Source of the DNA: Octopus vulgaris
Taxonomy: Eukaryota
Direction of reading: 5' to 3'
Assembly (NCBI GenBank): GCA_951406725.2
Contig: OX597816.1
Span: 81,096,001 to 81,160,000 of the forward strand
DNA length: 64,000 nt
Part shown: positions 1 to 13,602 of the stretch, piece by piece
Numbering within the stretch: the stretch's first letter is position 1
How the letters are laid out: each line of letters begins with the position of its first letter
Notes under the pieces: generated by a model
Told to the model about the DNA's origin: nothing
Database searches by the model: none
What the model saw: the letters and a program-made list of their open reading frames with translations, nothing else
Program-made: the position numbers and the translations under genes

Positions 1-797
1 TTTTGCTGTAATTCTATTCCTTACATCGTTTTAACATATAATCGATTAACCACTATATGTCGGCGTATGCAGTATGGTTCTCAGTTCTGTGGCACTATGA
101 TGTATATATGGGACAAAAGTTCTATATTGTCATTCGACTGATTATATATGTACCATAGGTCAGAACTGGCCCCGGTTACACAACAACAATTACAACAACG
201 CTATTAAAACAAAAGTCTGGCTTAGACAACCTATAATGCAAAATAGAAAATGGACTGGTAGCTGTAGATATCAAGCCGTCATAACAAATTCCATATTACC
301 AACGAGACTGAGCAGATACGACAGAAAGTGACGGGAGCAGGTTAGAGGACAAGGAGCGAGCGAGACAAGGAAGGTAGCCATCATTTTCACTGCATATTTC
401 TGTCATAGAAATCCTCTCATGTGAGAAATATATTCTTATAACTTGGAATTCTGGAGAAGATTTATTATTGAATTTCGCAGATTTAGGAAGTAGGAACAAA
501 ACGTGTGTTTACCACCGTAGTAGTATATTAATAGTTATCTCTGTAGGTTGATAATGGAATCAGATCATGCGCACAATAATGGTGAAGAGCGCTACATACG
601 CACAAACACATACATAGCATATATATATGAGCAGTGAAAGCGTCTGCGTGCAAGTGTAAATATTCGAAAGGAGTTTTATATAAAATATGTGCATATTAAC
701 TATGTCTATGTGTTACAACACATAGACATACTCACACACACACATATGTATGTATATACATATATATATATATATACATGTATATATATATATATGC

Positions 798-846
<49 letters not shown>

Positions 847-856
847 AACATGTATA

Positions 857-916
<60 letters not shown>

Positions 917-919
917 TGT

Positions 920-1072
920 GTGGATGTGTTGTAAGAAGCTTGCTTCCCAACCACATGGTTCCGGGTTCATTACTACTGCATGGCACCTTGAACAAGTGTC
1001 TTCTACTATAGCCTCATGCCGACCAAAGCCTTGTAAGTGGATTTGGTAGTCGGAAACTCAAAGAAGACCGTC

Positions 1073-1125
<53 letters not shown>

Positions 1126-1219
1126 CTAAATTATAATTTTAATAATAATTATTACCTTTGAAGGTTTTTATTCCCATGCTGGCCACCTGATAAGATCCGT
1201 ATTTACAAAACGATCTTAT

Positions 1220-1258
<39 letters not shown>

Positions 1259-1495
1259 CATCCATACATGTATGTTAGTGTCCGTGTTTGTCCCCACGCC
1301 ATCTCTTGACAGCCGATGGTGGTGTGTGTTTGTCCTCGCAACTTAACGGTTTGGCAAAAATACCCGATGGAATAAATACTAGACTTACATAGAATAAGTC
1401 CAGTGATCGATTTGTTCGACTAAAACCCTTTAAGGCGGTGTTCCAGCATGGCTGCAGTCAAATGACTGAAACAAGTAAAATTATAACAGAATAAA
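920..1495 (+). mobile_element. tRNA-derived SINE (family A), near full length, with internal (TA)n and a nested ~100-bp insert
   Basis: Head with B-box-like GGTTCCGGGTTCA, CORE-like GGCACCTTG(A/G)CAAGTGTC, internal (TA)n, 3' tail ...GGCGGTGTTCCAGCATGGCTGCAGTCAAATGACTGAAACAAGTAAAA. The same sequence recurs at 39.3, 50.3, 50.8, 60.6 and 62.1 kb. Confidence 0.85.
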
Positions 1496-1564
1496 ATAAT
1501 ATATAAACATGTATATAAATGTGTGTGTACGCGCGCGTGTGCGTACACACACGCACGTATATAT

Positions 1565-1695
1565 CTTTCACTTTTTGAGGGATTGTACAGCGGCCATACT
1601 GGAGTTTTAGTCGAATGACTCGATTCTTGTACTTTTTTTATTAAGTTTGGTTCTCATTCTAACGGTTTTTAGCTGAACCGCTAAGTTACGAAGAT
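1565..1695 (-). mobile_element. SINE family A, degenerate 3' half
   Basis: Reverse complement of the tail (GCGGCCATACTGGAG...TTTAGTCGA...GAACCGCTAAGTTACG). Confidence 0.6.
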
Positions 1696-1770
1696 CAAGC
1701 GCGCACTCACACATATACATTTATATATGAGAAGCCCCTGTGGTTGAAAATTAACTTTTTAACCATACAG

Positions 1771-1818
<48 letters not shown>

Positions 1819-1849
1819 CGATTTACAAACAAGAGAAATAGGACTCGCT

Positions 1850-2075
1850 ATGTAGAAATGAAAATTATTTCCTATTTAGCTGTGAAGCAACACATCACTA
1901 ACAGCTTTACAGTTTAATGGTAGGCATTTAGGCTTAACAGAATCAGTTTAGTTTTGTCTTATAAATGCTGCACATGAAAATCTAAACTGGTTTAGTTTTA
2001 GTCTGATAATTTCGAAGCGCGAAATTCTAGATGACTGAGTCACTTATAAAACTGTAACACTAATTCATTAAAAAA
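1850..2075 (+). mobile_element. Possible decayed 3' end of a Penelope-like element with a degenerate hammerhead
   Basis: Reads LNRISLVLSYKC(+fs)HEN, like the PLE C-terminal LNxRSExxxKCRH. It is followed by CTGATAA..CGAAA-T-TCTAGA at 2003-2031. Confidence 0.35.
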
Positions 2076-2352
2076 ATGTATTTATATATGTATACACATA
2101 CAGGCCCATACGAATGAGTATGTGTGTGTGTGTGTGTGTGAGCGAGAGAGAGAGAGAGAGAGATTGTGTAGGTACCGTGTATAGTTGAATATTAGGTTAA
2201 ATAACCGCTCCGTGCTTTTTAACACAGTATGAGCTATGAGTTTACTGGAAAAGGTTTGACAGTAGCATCGAATACACAACATTTTGCCGTCGTCAGAATG
2301 ATACATGGGCGTGTGTTTGAGTGTTTGGTTGTGTGTGTGTGCATGGTTTTAT

Positions 2353-2386
<34 letters not shown>

Positions 2387-2389
2387 AAC

Positions 2390-2530
2390 AAACATGAAAA
2401 CACAAAGAGAAAACACAACAACGCGAGGACGTGGAACAAGTATAGTGTTATTGGACACTCAGGAAAGGAAAGATCCAAGGAAGGGAAGACGGAGGAAAAA
2501 AATCGCCAACGATACACACACACGGTTACA
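2390..2530 (-). mobile_element. Short dispersed element, internally deleted copy of the 50485-50691 element
   Basis: Reverse-complement match to 50485-50691 except that the ~60-nt hammerhead segment is missing. It lies between microsatellites. Confidence 0.8.
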
Positions 2531-2551
2531 TAATATATATATATGTATATA

Positions 2552-2605
<54 letters not shown>

Positions 2606-2649
2606 TGCATACACACACATAGATAGATAGATAAATAGATAGATATAGT

Positions 2650-3350
2650 ATCAACAATGATTTAACGTTGATAGTTCGTAAATAGGCAGGTGTAGTAACA
2701 GAGCTTGATAAGATGAAACTTTTATCATATAATACCATGGCAGGAGTAGAAATAGTGAGCTGAAGAAGTAAGCAAAATAAATGTGGAAGAAGGGTTGGAA
2801 GGACCAATAATTCCTAAGACTGTTGTGTACTCAAATTTACAAACTTATAAGTGCATTAGTTTGGATAAGTACGCATACAACAAAGAGAAGTGAAGCCCGA
2901 CGTTTCGGATTTGACTCTTTATCCGAGAGAAAAGTGGTTTCATTTGAGTGAGATAGTACTAAAACGTGCTGGAGAAAACAGGTGTAACTCACATGAAGTG
3001 AGCGTAGATAATAAGAAAATTTAAAGAGTATCAACAAATTGACTTATTCTATTATCGGAAGAGAGTCCTGTGTTTGTGTTAGAAGTGGTTATAATTGTAG
3101 GGACGTGTAATGGGAGGCCAAGAGACACAGCTGACAAAGTTTAATGTATATAAAATTATGCTCCTTATTGCAAACTGTAGTAAGTGTAGAAGAGACTGAG
3201 AGGTGAGACAGCACGTTTCCGTATCAGATTCTGAAGTACGTTGAGGATGATTAACATTTAATTTGGATATCTATGTGAATCGACGGTAGGAATTTTGTTG
3301 CATGGATTCCGACACATTCACAAAAAGAACATTGTACATTTCAACAGAAG
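2650..3350 (-). pseudogene. Possible ancient CR1/Jockey-group LINE ORF2 C-terminal remnant
   Basis: Weak frame-hopping motifs LLILFK..LR, SFQPFFH, SLFYSCHG. Confidence 0.3.
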
Positions 3351-3399
3351 AGAACATTGAGAAGTTTAACGTTTACACTTGTAAAGCAAAATAGCCCAT

Positions 3400-3406
3400 A
3401 TGTGTA

Positions 3407-3441
<35 letters not shown>

Positions 3442-3470
3442 TCTTGTGGGTGTGTAGCGATAGTACTACT

Positions 3471-3510
<40 letters not shown>

Positions 3511-3532
3511 CATACATACATACATACATACA

Positions 3533-3566
<34 letters not shown>

Positions 3567-3635
3567 CATACATACATAGATGACAGACAGACAGACAGAC
3601 AGACAGATAGATAGATAGATAGATACATACATACA

Positions 3636-3669
<34 letters not shown>

Positions 3670-3684
3670 CATACATACATAGAT

Positions 3685-3760
<76 letters not shown>
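3400..3760. repeat. Compound (TG)n/(GATA)n/(CATA)n/(GACA)n microsatellite with an internally duplicated block
   Basis: Directly visible. Confidence 0.95.
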
Positions 3761-3762
<2 letters not shown>

Positions 3763-3802
3763 ATTACTGTATTCTCTCTGTAACCCCATTTCTTTCTTTG
3801 TC

Positions 3803-3848
<46 letters not shown>

Positions 3849-4611
3849 CCAAATTTTCTACCACAGCTAACAACTGTCTATGTACCTTACAGCTGACTGC
3901 ATTCGTACCACTTCAGTCATTCTCGATTTATTCGTCTCTACTCCTCTCATTAAGCATACTGTACGCAAAAGTCCGGGACCCACACTAATTTCTACACCCA
4001 GTATTTCTTGCTCGGGACTTTAGCCCTCTAAAATTCCCTGCAACAGTCAACTTGCAACAGTTGATGCCGAATGTTCAAGACATCGATGTTCATGGTTTCG
4101 GAAGGGTTGGGAAGGTTAAAATCATAGCATTTTCTCCAAACCATATTAATATAAATACAAAAGACAGACAAACAGACAGACGGACGGACGGACGGACGGA
4201 TGGACGAACAGACAGACAGACAGACAGACTGATAGATAGATAGATAAAAAATTAGATGTAGAGGGAGACAGACAGACAGACAGAAAAATAAATAGATCAA
4301 ACTTCTCAACTCCTAATTATAGTCACACGGCTGCTTAACATCGTTAATTTTATGACGCATAGGTTTGTGATTAAAAGTTTTTCAAAGACATCTTCTCTAG
4401 CATCAGACTATCGCTATTTTAAAAGGAGTAGCTTCTATTGGCCCGGTTTTGTCAATAGATCAATCGATCTGATGAAATTGGAACGAAACATGCAATGGTC
4501 GCATTCAACACAAGCATCGCCTGACAATGTTGAAGAGAAACACAATTGTGAATGGTATTCTTACATACTTGCAGACTTCTCTGAATTCTGATTGTCTATA
4601 TGTGTATGTAG

Positions 4612-4646
<35 letters not shown>

Positions 4647-4945
4647 TCTCTGTGTGTGTACATGTATGATATAGCATAAGAGAAAAAGAGTTACATTTAC
4701 ATATATGTATGTATGTTTTTGTATACGCACGCTTACATACACACATATACATATACACACACACAGATAAAGACTGCTGCATATGATGCATAAATGTATA
4801 TACATATGTGCATATGTGAGTGAGTGCGTGGGTGAGTGTTGTATATATATATATAGACACCAATATATGTGTATGTAATATACGTATGTGTGTATGAGTG
4901 TATATATCAATATATATATATATATATATATATGAGTGTATATAT

Positions 4946-4985
<40 letters not shown>

Positions 4986-5199
4986 ATATATATATATATC
5001 ACTGCATCCTTTCTATGCCATACTGCTGAGTTTTCTTATATGCCCGCACATGTTCACACATACCATCATGTAAAACAGCAAACAATCAAACACTTCGGGG
5101 TTATTGGAATCTTTATTCTACTGAAGAAATGATAGGATATCAAAGGTGAAAGATTGATTTACAGAACGTCAAAACCTTTGGGCGTACATTCTTACAAAC

Positions 5200-5453
5200 A
5201 CACACATAAACACACACACACATACATACATACATACATACATACATACATACATACATACACACACATATACACACACACATACGCACACACATACGCA
5301 CACACATACGCACACACACACACAACACACACACACACCTGCATACATACATACATATATACATACATACATACATACATACATACATACATACATACAT
5401 ACATACATACATACATACATACATACATACATACATACATACATACATACATA
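5200..5453. repeat. (CA)n/(CATA)n microsatellite
   Basis: Directly visible. Confidence 0.95.
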
Positions 5454-5479
5454 CCTGTTTATTTTTGTTTTCTTGCTGT

Positions 5480-7250
5480 CATTGGAGTTTTTAGTTTATT
5501 TCGATCTGCTGCTGCTCAATCGTAAAACTTTGCTAAGATATTATAAACTGGAGTCTTGCTTTTCAGCTATTCGTCTTTTACACTTTAAGAAAGCCTTATT
5601 CATGTTTGTTGTCCCAGACATCGTGATCATTGAGTGAATTATGGAGCCTTGTTTCTTCAAAAGTCCACGTTCAATCACATTTTGATCCACGCACGACGTT
5701 ACATAAATTTTCTTTGTCCTTGCTTATATTTTGTCATTCCATACTCTATCAGCTCGGTTACGCTTTAATTAGGTTACACATATCTCTATCAACTGATCTT
5801 TTGTGTGCGTTCGTGCCTGTTGTGTGTGTACGGGATTTTGCAATGTACCTTGGAGAGACATTACTACCAACTTTTATTTCATTTCCTCCCTCAACTTCTA
5901 TAGCTATAATCATGATATATATATATCTTTTATTTTTGTGCCAGCGAATTTGTAATAAATGTTGCTTTTCTACTTGGAAGTGCCACTACACTTTATAATT
6001 TGTTTCATATATGAAAATAGATCTAAGCCACAGCCACTCTCCTTTCGTGGAACTTATAATCTTCTTACATTCCCTTGATGTTGAAATTTCCAGTAAATAC
6101 TAAGCAGTTTCGAAGTTTTCGTTTAGTCTTTGTAACCAATTCTGAATACCAAATGTCGTTGTAAGCGACATTCTTGTAGTAAACAGAGAATTCATACTAC
6201 TATATTTTCTTTTATTCGCTTAAGGCATTCATTTCATGTCCTCATCCTGAATAATGGATGCATCAACCTTGACGTTCTCGTGTTTTTCCTTCTTTTTTAA
6301 AAAAAAATAGTTGTAATTCTTTCTTCGTAAAGTATATTACCAAACCACTCATGTTTATTTGTGGGGAGGTCAGAACACAAATTTCCACTCTCTGATTACC
6401 AAGAATGGACATTTTGGACACGCCAAATTTTATTCTAATGTCAAAATAATGAAATCCGATTACATTTTGATGTGGTTTACACTTGGTCGATACAACTTCA
6501 GGTCGTCTCCGAAGTAAAAGAGAAGTTTCTGGATTCAAATTATTTATTTATATAAACATAATGTTTTCTAAGTGGTGAGATGACGGGTTTATCAAGCGTA
6601 CAAAGAACAGTATTGACAAGGTATCACTTGGCACGATACATTTTTTATAATGTATGTTAGATTTGTATGATTCGTTCTGACCTTTAAGAAGTAAAATGCA
6701 GCACTCAAGCGTTGGCTACTTTTTGTAAAACAACTACCGTCGATATGGAACTTATGTTAAACTTAATTCTTTGATAACCCACCCGTTGTACATCGTCGAA
6801 TGCTTTCTGGTATTCTCGTCGCATTACATTCATGTTACAGCGGTTCTTTACTACTTCTTCTGTATCATTTTATAGATTAGTAGTTGCTCTATATTGGTTA
6901 TAATTCCGAATTTTTCCCAATTTGTTCAAGTGTTATAATATAGTTGTTAGAATAATGATTTTGAAGAAGAGATTAGGTACCCATTCTCATACATGATAGT
7001 CTAGCCGGCTAAGGGGTGGTAATTTTAGCTTGAGTGGTTTGCTTAATTTTTTAAATGAGAAGATTAAAGGCAAGTAAATGCAGCTGGGTAGCCTTAGCGA
7101 ATTTTTGCCTGCGTCTTGATTGAATAACTGCACCTCGTTACGATGAATGAAAAGTTTAACTTCACACACATTCATAATGAGATTTAAAGATTCACCTTTT
7201 AGGAAATGTTCTGCTACTTCATTTACTACAACCAGTTCCTCTTAGTATTT
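5480..7250 (-). pseudogene. Heavily decayed R4/Dong-like non-LTR retrotransposon reverse transcriptase fragment
   Basis: Colinear RT motifs across frameshifts on the - strand: LEQIG, IEQLLIYKMI (~6.9 kb), EYQKAFDDV (~6800), PSDTLSILFFV..NP (~6620), GDDLKLY (6490-6510), FDIRIKFGVSK (~6430), TFGIQNW (~6150), VRRL*VPRKESGCGL (~6025-6070). Boundaries are approximate. Confidence 0.8.
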
Positions 7251-7270
7251 TTGTTTAAGCACGTATCTAT

Positions 7271-7339
<69 letters not shown>

Positions 7340-7737
7340 GCGTGTGTGTGCGTGTGCAGTTTGAATGTTTAAGTAGAAATGTTCTGTATGTGGATCTACC
7401 GCTAAAAGCGTCTATAATCTAGTTACAGTTCCAAATACATAACTGAAGATTAGAGTCGCCATGTTTCATATACATATATGAAGACAAATATCTGTATGTG
7501 TGTGTGTGTGTATTTGTGTGTACATACACACACATACACACACACACACACACAGAAATCATACATGTTTATATATAAGCATATGTGTGTGTGCATGCGT
7601 GTGTGTGTGTCTGTGTGTGTGTGCATATACACGCACACACATTGTCCACAATATTTCTTAAGACATTAAAAAGAAACAAACGCAGCAATGGGATTTCAAC
7701 CACTCATATAACATGCAGAATGTAATCACGTTTACCG

Positions 7738-7856
7738 TATGATGATGATGCTGATGATGCTGATGATGATGATGATGCTGATGATGATGATGAGGATGAT
7801 GAGGATGATGAGGATGATGATGATGCTGATGATGATGATGATGATGATGATGATGC

Positions 7857-7887
<31 letters not shown>

Positions 7888-8087
7888 GCTCATGATGCTG
7901 ATGCTGATGATGATGCTGATGATGATGCTGATGATGATGATGATGATGATGATGGTGCTGATGATGGTGCTGATGATGGTGCTGATGATGATGCTGATGA
8001 TGATGATGATGGTGCTGATGATGATGCTGATGCTGATGATGATGACGACGACGACGATGACGACGACGATGATGATGATGATGATGA
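7738..8087. repeat. Long imperfect (GAT)n trinucleotide array
   Basis: GAT units interspersed with GCT/GAG/GGT/GAC. Confidence 0.95.
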
Positions 8088-8919
8088 CAGCAACAACAAA
8101 ACCAACAACAGCAGTAACAACAGAAGAAACAACAGCAGCGGAAACAAAATTAACAAATGTAAACACACATCAACAATGGTAAAAACACGAACTAACAAGT
8201 AAACAGTTTGCTTTTTTTTTTCTTTGCCTTTCTCAAACTGAGTTTGTTAAATTGAGAGCATTTGAGAGGGAAATATAACATCTGGCTTCAAGTTGACTCT
8301 CAATATTGGGTAACTTTCAAGCTGAAGTATATTTATAAAGAAGGAAAGAGAGGAAATAAAACAGAAAATTCACGTAGAAAAATGGAAAAGGATGAAAGTA
8401 CGATAAATTGAGCGAGAAGTCTGTTGGCTGAGTAATTGATTGAAACATATGATATATATATATATATATGAATGCAATTTTCGTAAATGATAGAGAAAAA
8501 CAGGTTATAGTGTTGAAGGAAATGGAATAAAAATGATATATACACGTATAAACACATACACAATGATGCATAATAATTAAAGAAAGATGAGCAAGAAATA
8601 AAAGAAAACGAAAAGTAAAGTACTCTAGCAGGGAGAGTGGGGTGGGAGATGATACAGTTGCGATAGAAAATGGAAGGACAAGAAAGAAAAAAGGGAGAGA
8701 GAGAGTTGGAGGGAGATGGGTGGGTGTTCTAAAGTAAGAAATGCAGAGAGATGTAGTGTAGCGAGAGGATGGAAAAGAAACACGCAAGAAACTATGTTTA
8801 GGATTTTGACTATTAAGATGAGGTGCCACAGACGAGATAAGGCGTGAGGGAAGAGAATGTGAATGTGTGTACTTAAGCAAAGACAAATAATGATAGTAAT
8901 GATGATGGCTAAGAGGAAG

Positions 8920-9127
8920 AAAATGAAGAAGAAGAAGAAGAAGAAGAAGAAGAAGAAGAAGAACAAGAAGAAGAAGAACAAGAAGAACAAGAACAAGAAC
9001 AAGAACAAGAACAAGAAGAAGAAGAACAACAACAACAACAAGTAGAAGAAGAAGAAAATGAAGAAAAGGAGGAGGAGGAGAAGATTAAGAAGGAGGAGGA
9101 GAAGATTAAGAAGGAGGAGGAGAAGAT

Positions 9128-9158
<31 letters not shown>

Positions 9159-9392
9159 AAGAAGAAGAAGAAGAAGGAGATTAAGAAGAAGAAGAAGATT
9201 AAGAAGAAGAAGAAGATGATGATGAAGATGAAGAAAACCAGGAGGAAGGGAGAAGAATGACGTTGACGACTATAAGAAGAAAAACACCAACAAAATGATG
9301 ATGATGATGATCATGATGATCATGATGATGATCATGATGATGATCATGATGATGATGATGGTGATGATGGTGGTGGTGATGATGATGATGAC
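8920..9392. repeat. (AAG)n/(AAC)n/(GAT)n compound repeat
   Basis: Directly visible. Confidence 0.95.
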
Positions 9393-9660
9393 GATAGACT
9401 ATCCCGAGCAAGAGAGAAAGAACAAGTATATAAAAGGTGTGTGTACAGGTGTATGTGTAAGTAACATAAAGATAGGGACAAAAAGAAAGGGAAAGAGAGG
9501 CGGAGACAGTCAAACAGACAGACAAACGGCAAGTGCAGCAAGAAGACAGACAGAACAAAAATGAAGCAGAAAGATGATAAAAAAAAATATATTGATGGCA
9601 GATAATTTACAGGAAGAATGTAGCGTTTCTTCAATTAAAACAGAGACTAAATAAGTATAT

Positions 9661-9700
<40 letters not shown>

Positions 9701-9786
9701 AAACGGAAAGTGGGGAAATAATAGGAAAATATCATGTGCATGTGAATACACACACACACAAGCACACGTACACATGCATATGTATG

Positions 9787-9789
<3 letters not shown>

Positions 9790-9826
<37 letters not shown>

Positions 9827-9879
9827 TATATATATATGCACACACATATATATACATATATATACATACATATATATAC

Positions 9880-9910
<31 letters not shown>

Positions 9911-10179
9911 CATACATATATATATATACATACATATACATATATATATATACATATATATACATATACATACATATACATATATATATATACATATATA
10001 TACATATACATACATATACATATATATATATACATATATATACATATACATACATATACATATATATACATATACATATACATATATATATATATACATA
10101 TACATACATATACATATATATATACATATACATATATATATATACATATACATACATATACATATATATACATATATAC

Positions 10180-10232
<53 letters not shown>
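9790..10232. repeat. Imperfect (TA)n/(TACA) microsatellite
   Basis: Directly visible. Confidence 0.95.
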
Positions 10233-10237
<5 letters not shown>

Positions 10238-10789
10238 GTTAAACATTTATTAATGCGAAATGTTGAAAATATCCTTTTGATGCGGATAGCTAAGGGGAAA
10301 AGACACTCAACAACATAACTAAATTATAAAACACTGTGTTTGTTTTTGTTTGTTTGTACTTCGGTTTGTATAATTTTTGTTGACGGCGGCCATGCTGCTT
10401 AGTTCGAAGTTGATATTTTTAAATCTGAAGTATTCTATGAATGAAGAAAAAATTACATTAAAAACAGATTGATGGCTAATGAGGAACATATAAACAAACG
10501 CACATACATGCACTCACACACAATCGTATGTATCTCCATACACACACACACACACCTTTACCTCTGGAACTATTACAAATATACTGAGATAGCCAACTAT
10601 ACACCAAAATGAACGTGCAGAAACACACACATATACAGGTTTATATGCACATATGCATACGTATGCACACGTATATACGTGTTGACAGAGAGATAGACAA
10701 ACATACAGAGACAGACAAACAGACAGAGACAGACAAACAGACAGACAGAAAAGCAGGGAGAAAGATAGCTAGCTAGCTAGGTAGATAAA

Positions 10790-10792
10790 TAT

Positions 10793-10872
<80 letters not shown>

Positions 10873-11230
10873 ATAGACAGATAGATAGATAGACAGACGG
10901 GCAGGCAGGCAGACAGACAGGTAGGCAGACAGACAGATACAGTTAGATATAGAGAACGTATGTATGGATGTATGTATATATGCATGTATGTATGTACGTA
11001 CGTATGTATGTACGTACGTATGAATGTATGTGCGTACGTATGAATGCATGTATGTATGTATGTACGTACGTATTTATGTACGTACGTATGTATGTACGTA
11101 CGTATGTATGTATGTACGTACGTATAAATGTATGTACGTACGTATGAATGTATGTACGTACGTGTGTATGTATATATGTATGTACGTATGTATGCATGTA
11201 TGTATGTATTCGTGCATGTACATACGTATG
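10790..11230. repeat. (GATA)n/(GACA)n/(TATG,TACG)n tetranucleotide arrays
   Basis: Directly visible. Confidence 0.95.
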
Positions 11231-11879
11231 TATTAGTTTTCACGGTAAGGAAATAGTCCTCAAGTACCAAGATGTCAGTAGATGAGTAAATGACAGCAGA
11301 AGATGAAAGATGAATTGTTTATCAGTCACGGTTGACCGGAGTAGCAAACGGGAGAAAATAAGTGAAAGAAAACAAATGAAATGAGTGGCAGCTATCACTA
11401 GCAAATGATACAGCTTCAGGTAAGTGAAACTGAATAAGATGAGATATCGCCCATACGTGCATAAAGATTTCATCTCAAATATTTTTTTTTCTATTTTTGG
11501 AGAGACACAGTAAAACTACAGAATGAAAGTTTGTTGTTCTTAAAGAGAAATATTTTCTACATTTAATAAAACTGTCGTCATTTTTGCTGACACAGAAACA
11601 ATTTATGTTTAACACAATCGCGCGCTCACACATACATATATAGACAGACAGACCGATAGATAATAATTAGACTTATACAAGGAAAATTTTGACAGTGATT
11701 TGGAACTTTTGGTTACGATTTTCTTGGGTTCTTTTTTTGACTTTGCTTATTCCTTGGCAAATGGGTGTGGGACTTGATTTGTAGATAGAGCTATGTGACG
11801 TATATATAATATGTTGTGCGTCTGTGTATGCTTACCTTTATGAGTACATATACATGCGTCCATACACATATACACATAA

Positions 11880-12210
11880 AACTGAAACCCCCTTCGGTCA
11901 CGATATAGACCATGGATTTGCACCTACAAAGTTATCCTCCCAGGCACAAGCCCGGGCAAGGTTGTTTATGGAAGACCAGCAGTTGCCCATGCATACCGGC
12001 CTCCCCTCTCCACACCACCAGTTTTATCCAAGGGAAAGGCAACGGCCGTTAAAGTTTGGCACCTGTGACGTCGCAACTCATTTCTACAGCTGTGTGAACT
12101 GGAGCAACGTGAAATAAAGTGTCTTGCTCAAGAGCACAACACGCAGCCCGGTCTGGGATTCGAACTCACAATCTCACGATCGTAAACTCGATGCTCTAAC
12201 CACTGAGCCA
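11880..12210 (-). mobile_element. tRNA-derived SINE (probably tRNA-Arg head, CORE/V-like middle), full length
   Basis: The - strand has A box TGGCTCAGTGGTTAGAGC, an ACG in the anticodon-like position, B box GAGTTCGAATCCC, then GTGCTCTTGAGCAAGACACTT. This resembles described octopus OR-type SINEs (inference). Confidence 0.85.
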
Positions 12211-12749
12211 TACATAAATTGTATACATACGTACAACTGTAGTTATACATGCACAAAACATGTGTGTTATGTGTTTGTGTGTGCACACGCGCGAATATTA
12301 GCGCATTAACCAAGAGTATGATGCTAAGAACTTAAGGCAACATATAAAGTAGCATATAGCCAGGTTCATCTATACGCGCGAGGTTTCTACGCAAACACTA
12401 CGTCCCTAGCTTAACGTATGTGGAGTCGTGTGTGCATAATACAGGCTTGGGTTTTGACGTGTTCATCCATCCTGAGATATATTTAAATGTATATACGTAT
12501 TTCCTTGCATACTTGTCTTTAAATGTGCATATACGTTAGGATCCCTTTTCCTGTATGCGGCTCATTCTCTAAATGGGTTTTTACATGCTGTGGGTAGGTA
12601 CCATAGTTGATAATTACATATAATTATTAGATAATTGTGATCAACTTTATATCGTTTGTTGTTGGTACGAAAATTTATGGGAAGTTACGTGAAAGGGATG
12701 AGATACTGTCTTTAACCATTGGAAAAATATATACGTTTCTAATATCTTG

Positions 12750-13290
12750 GAGTTTTGAAGACTTTTGTGTTTGCAGGAAGCGGCTGATCCAGAGTTACGG
12801 TTCAGTATTCGAGTTCTAAAGAAGGAAATATGGTAGATTATAGTAGATAAAATGGGTAATTGACAGCAGAAAATGAAATTGAGCGGATGGATGAATTGGT
12901 TATTAGTCACAGTTGACCGGAGTAGAAAACAGAAGTGGCAAGGTTTGTCGTTTCCCTGATATGGTAGCTAGTGGGTAGAACAATACATTCCAATTAATGT
13001 TAAGTGGGGTATTTTGTTAAGTATAGTGCCTATATATGTTTAGGTAGTGGCATTTTTTGCTGTGAGTTGCTAAAAGTCTATTTGAGTTGATTGCATTGGA
13101 TTTTGAACCTACGTGCAGTTAACCAAGTATATATTGATGTGGTTATTGGTTACATATTACTCATGAAGCAGTTTCCTTTTAGAGGGCATTATGTGGGTGT
13201 TATAGTTACATTTGTTAGTATTAGTTACGTAGTTTTAGTTTTCATATTTTGAAAGTTGTTCTGTGGTTAATTTTGGTTATAGTCATCATT
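12750..13290 (-). pseudogene. Penelope-like element GIY-YIG endonuclease/C-terminus remnant (Naiad-like type)
   Basis: Colinear - strand motifs KCN..CPLKGNCF, IYTWLTARRFKIQCNQLK*TFSN, KHI*AL, NINWNVL, PYQGNDKPCHFC, ILNRNSGSAASCKHK. Confidence 0.75.
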
Positions 13291-13496
13291 TCACACAGCT
13301 CCGCCTATTCCCCATCCCATCCACCCTCCTAAAAAAGGCAAATTGCGAGAGAACATATAAAAATCAAGACCTCAAGTCAAGCACAGTCTGACGATGTCAA
13401 GTGAGTCCCAGCTTTAAAGTCACTTTCCCACGTACAAGGTTAAATAATCTGCTCTGGTACAAAAATTCACGTGATATTCTTCAGTTTAGAAAGAAT

Positions 13497-13559
<63 letters not shown>

Positions 13560-13571
13560 AGATAGATAGAT

Positions 13572-13602
<31 letters not shown>

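Noticed and set aside
2895-2930. Hairpin followed by GAAACGTC on the - strand (hammerhead-like)
   Set aside because: No CUGANGA box upstream of the stem.
7738-8200. Asp-rich frame resembling molluscan acidic biomineral proteins
   Set aside because: An in-frame stop lies just upstream with no intervening ATG or acceptor, and there is no signal peptide. It is explained by a (GAT)n microsatellite.
12135-12210. tRNA-like sequence on the - strand
   Set aside because: It lacks a proper acceptor stem and continues into SINE body and tail, so it is a SINE head rather than a tRNA gene.
12370-12412. CTAGGGA-CGTA..TGCG-TAGAAAC..GTA on the - strand downstream of the PLE tail
   Set aside because: The core box has two mismatches and stems I/III are unsupported, so it is too degenerate to call.
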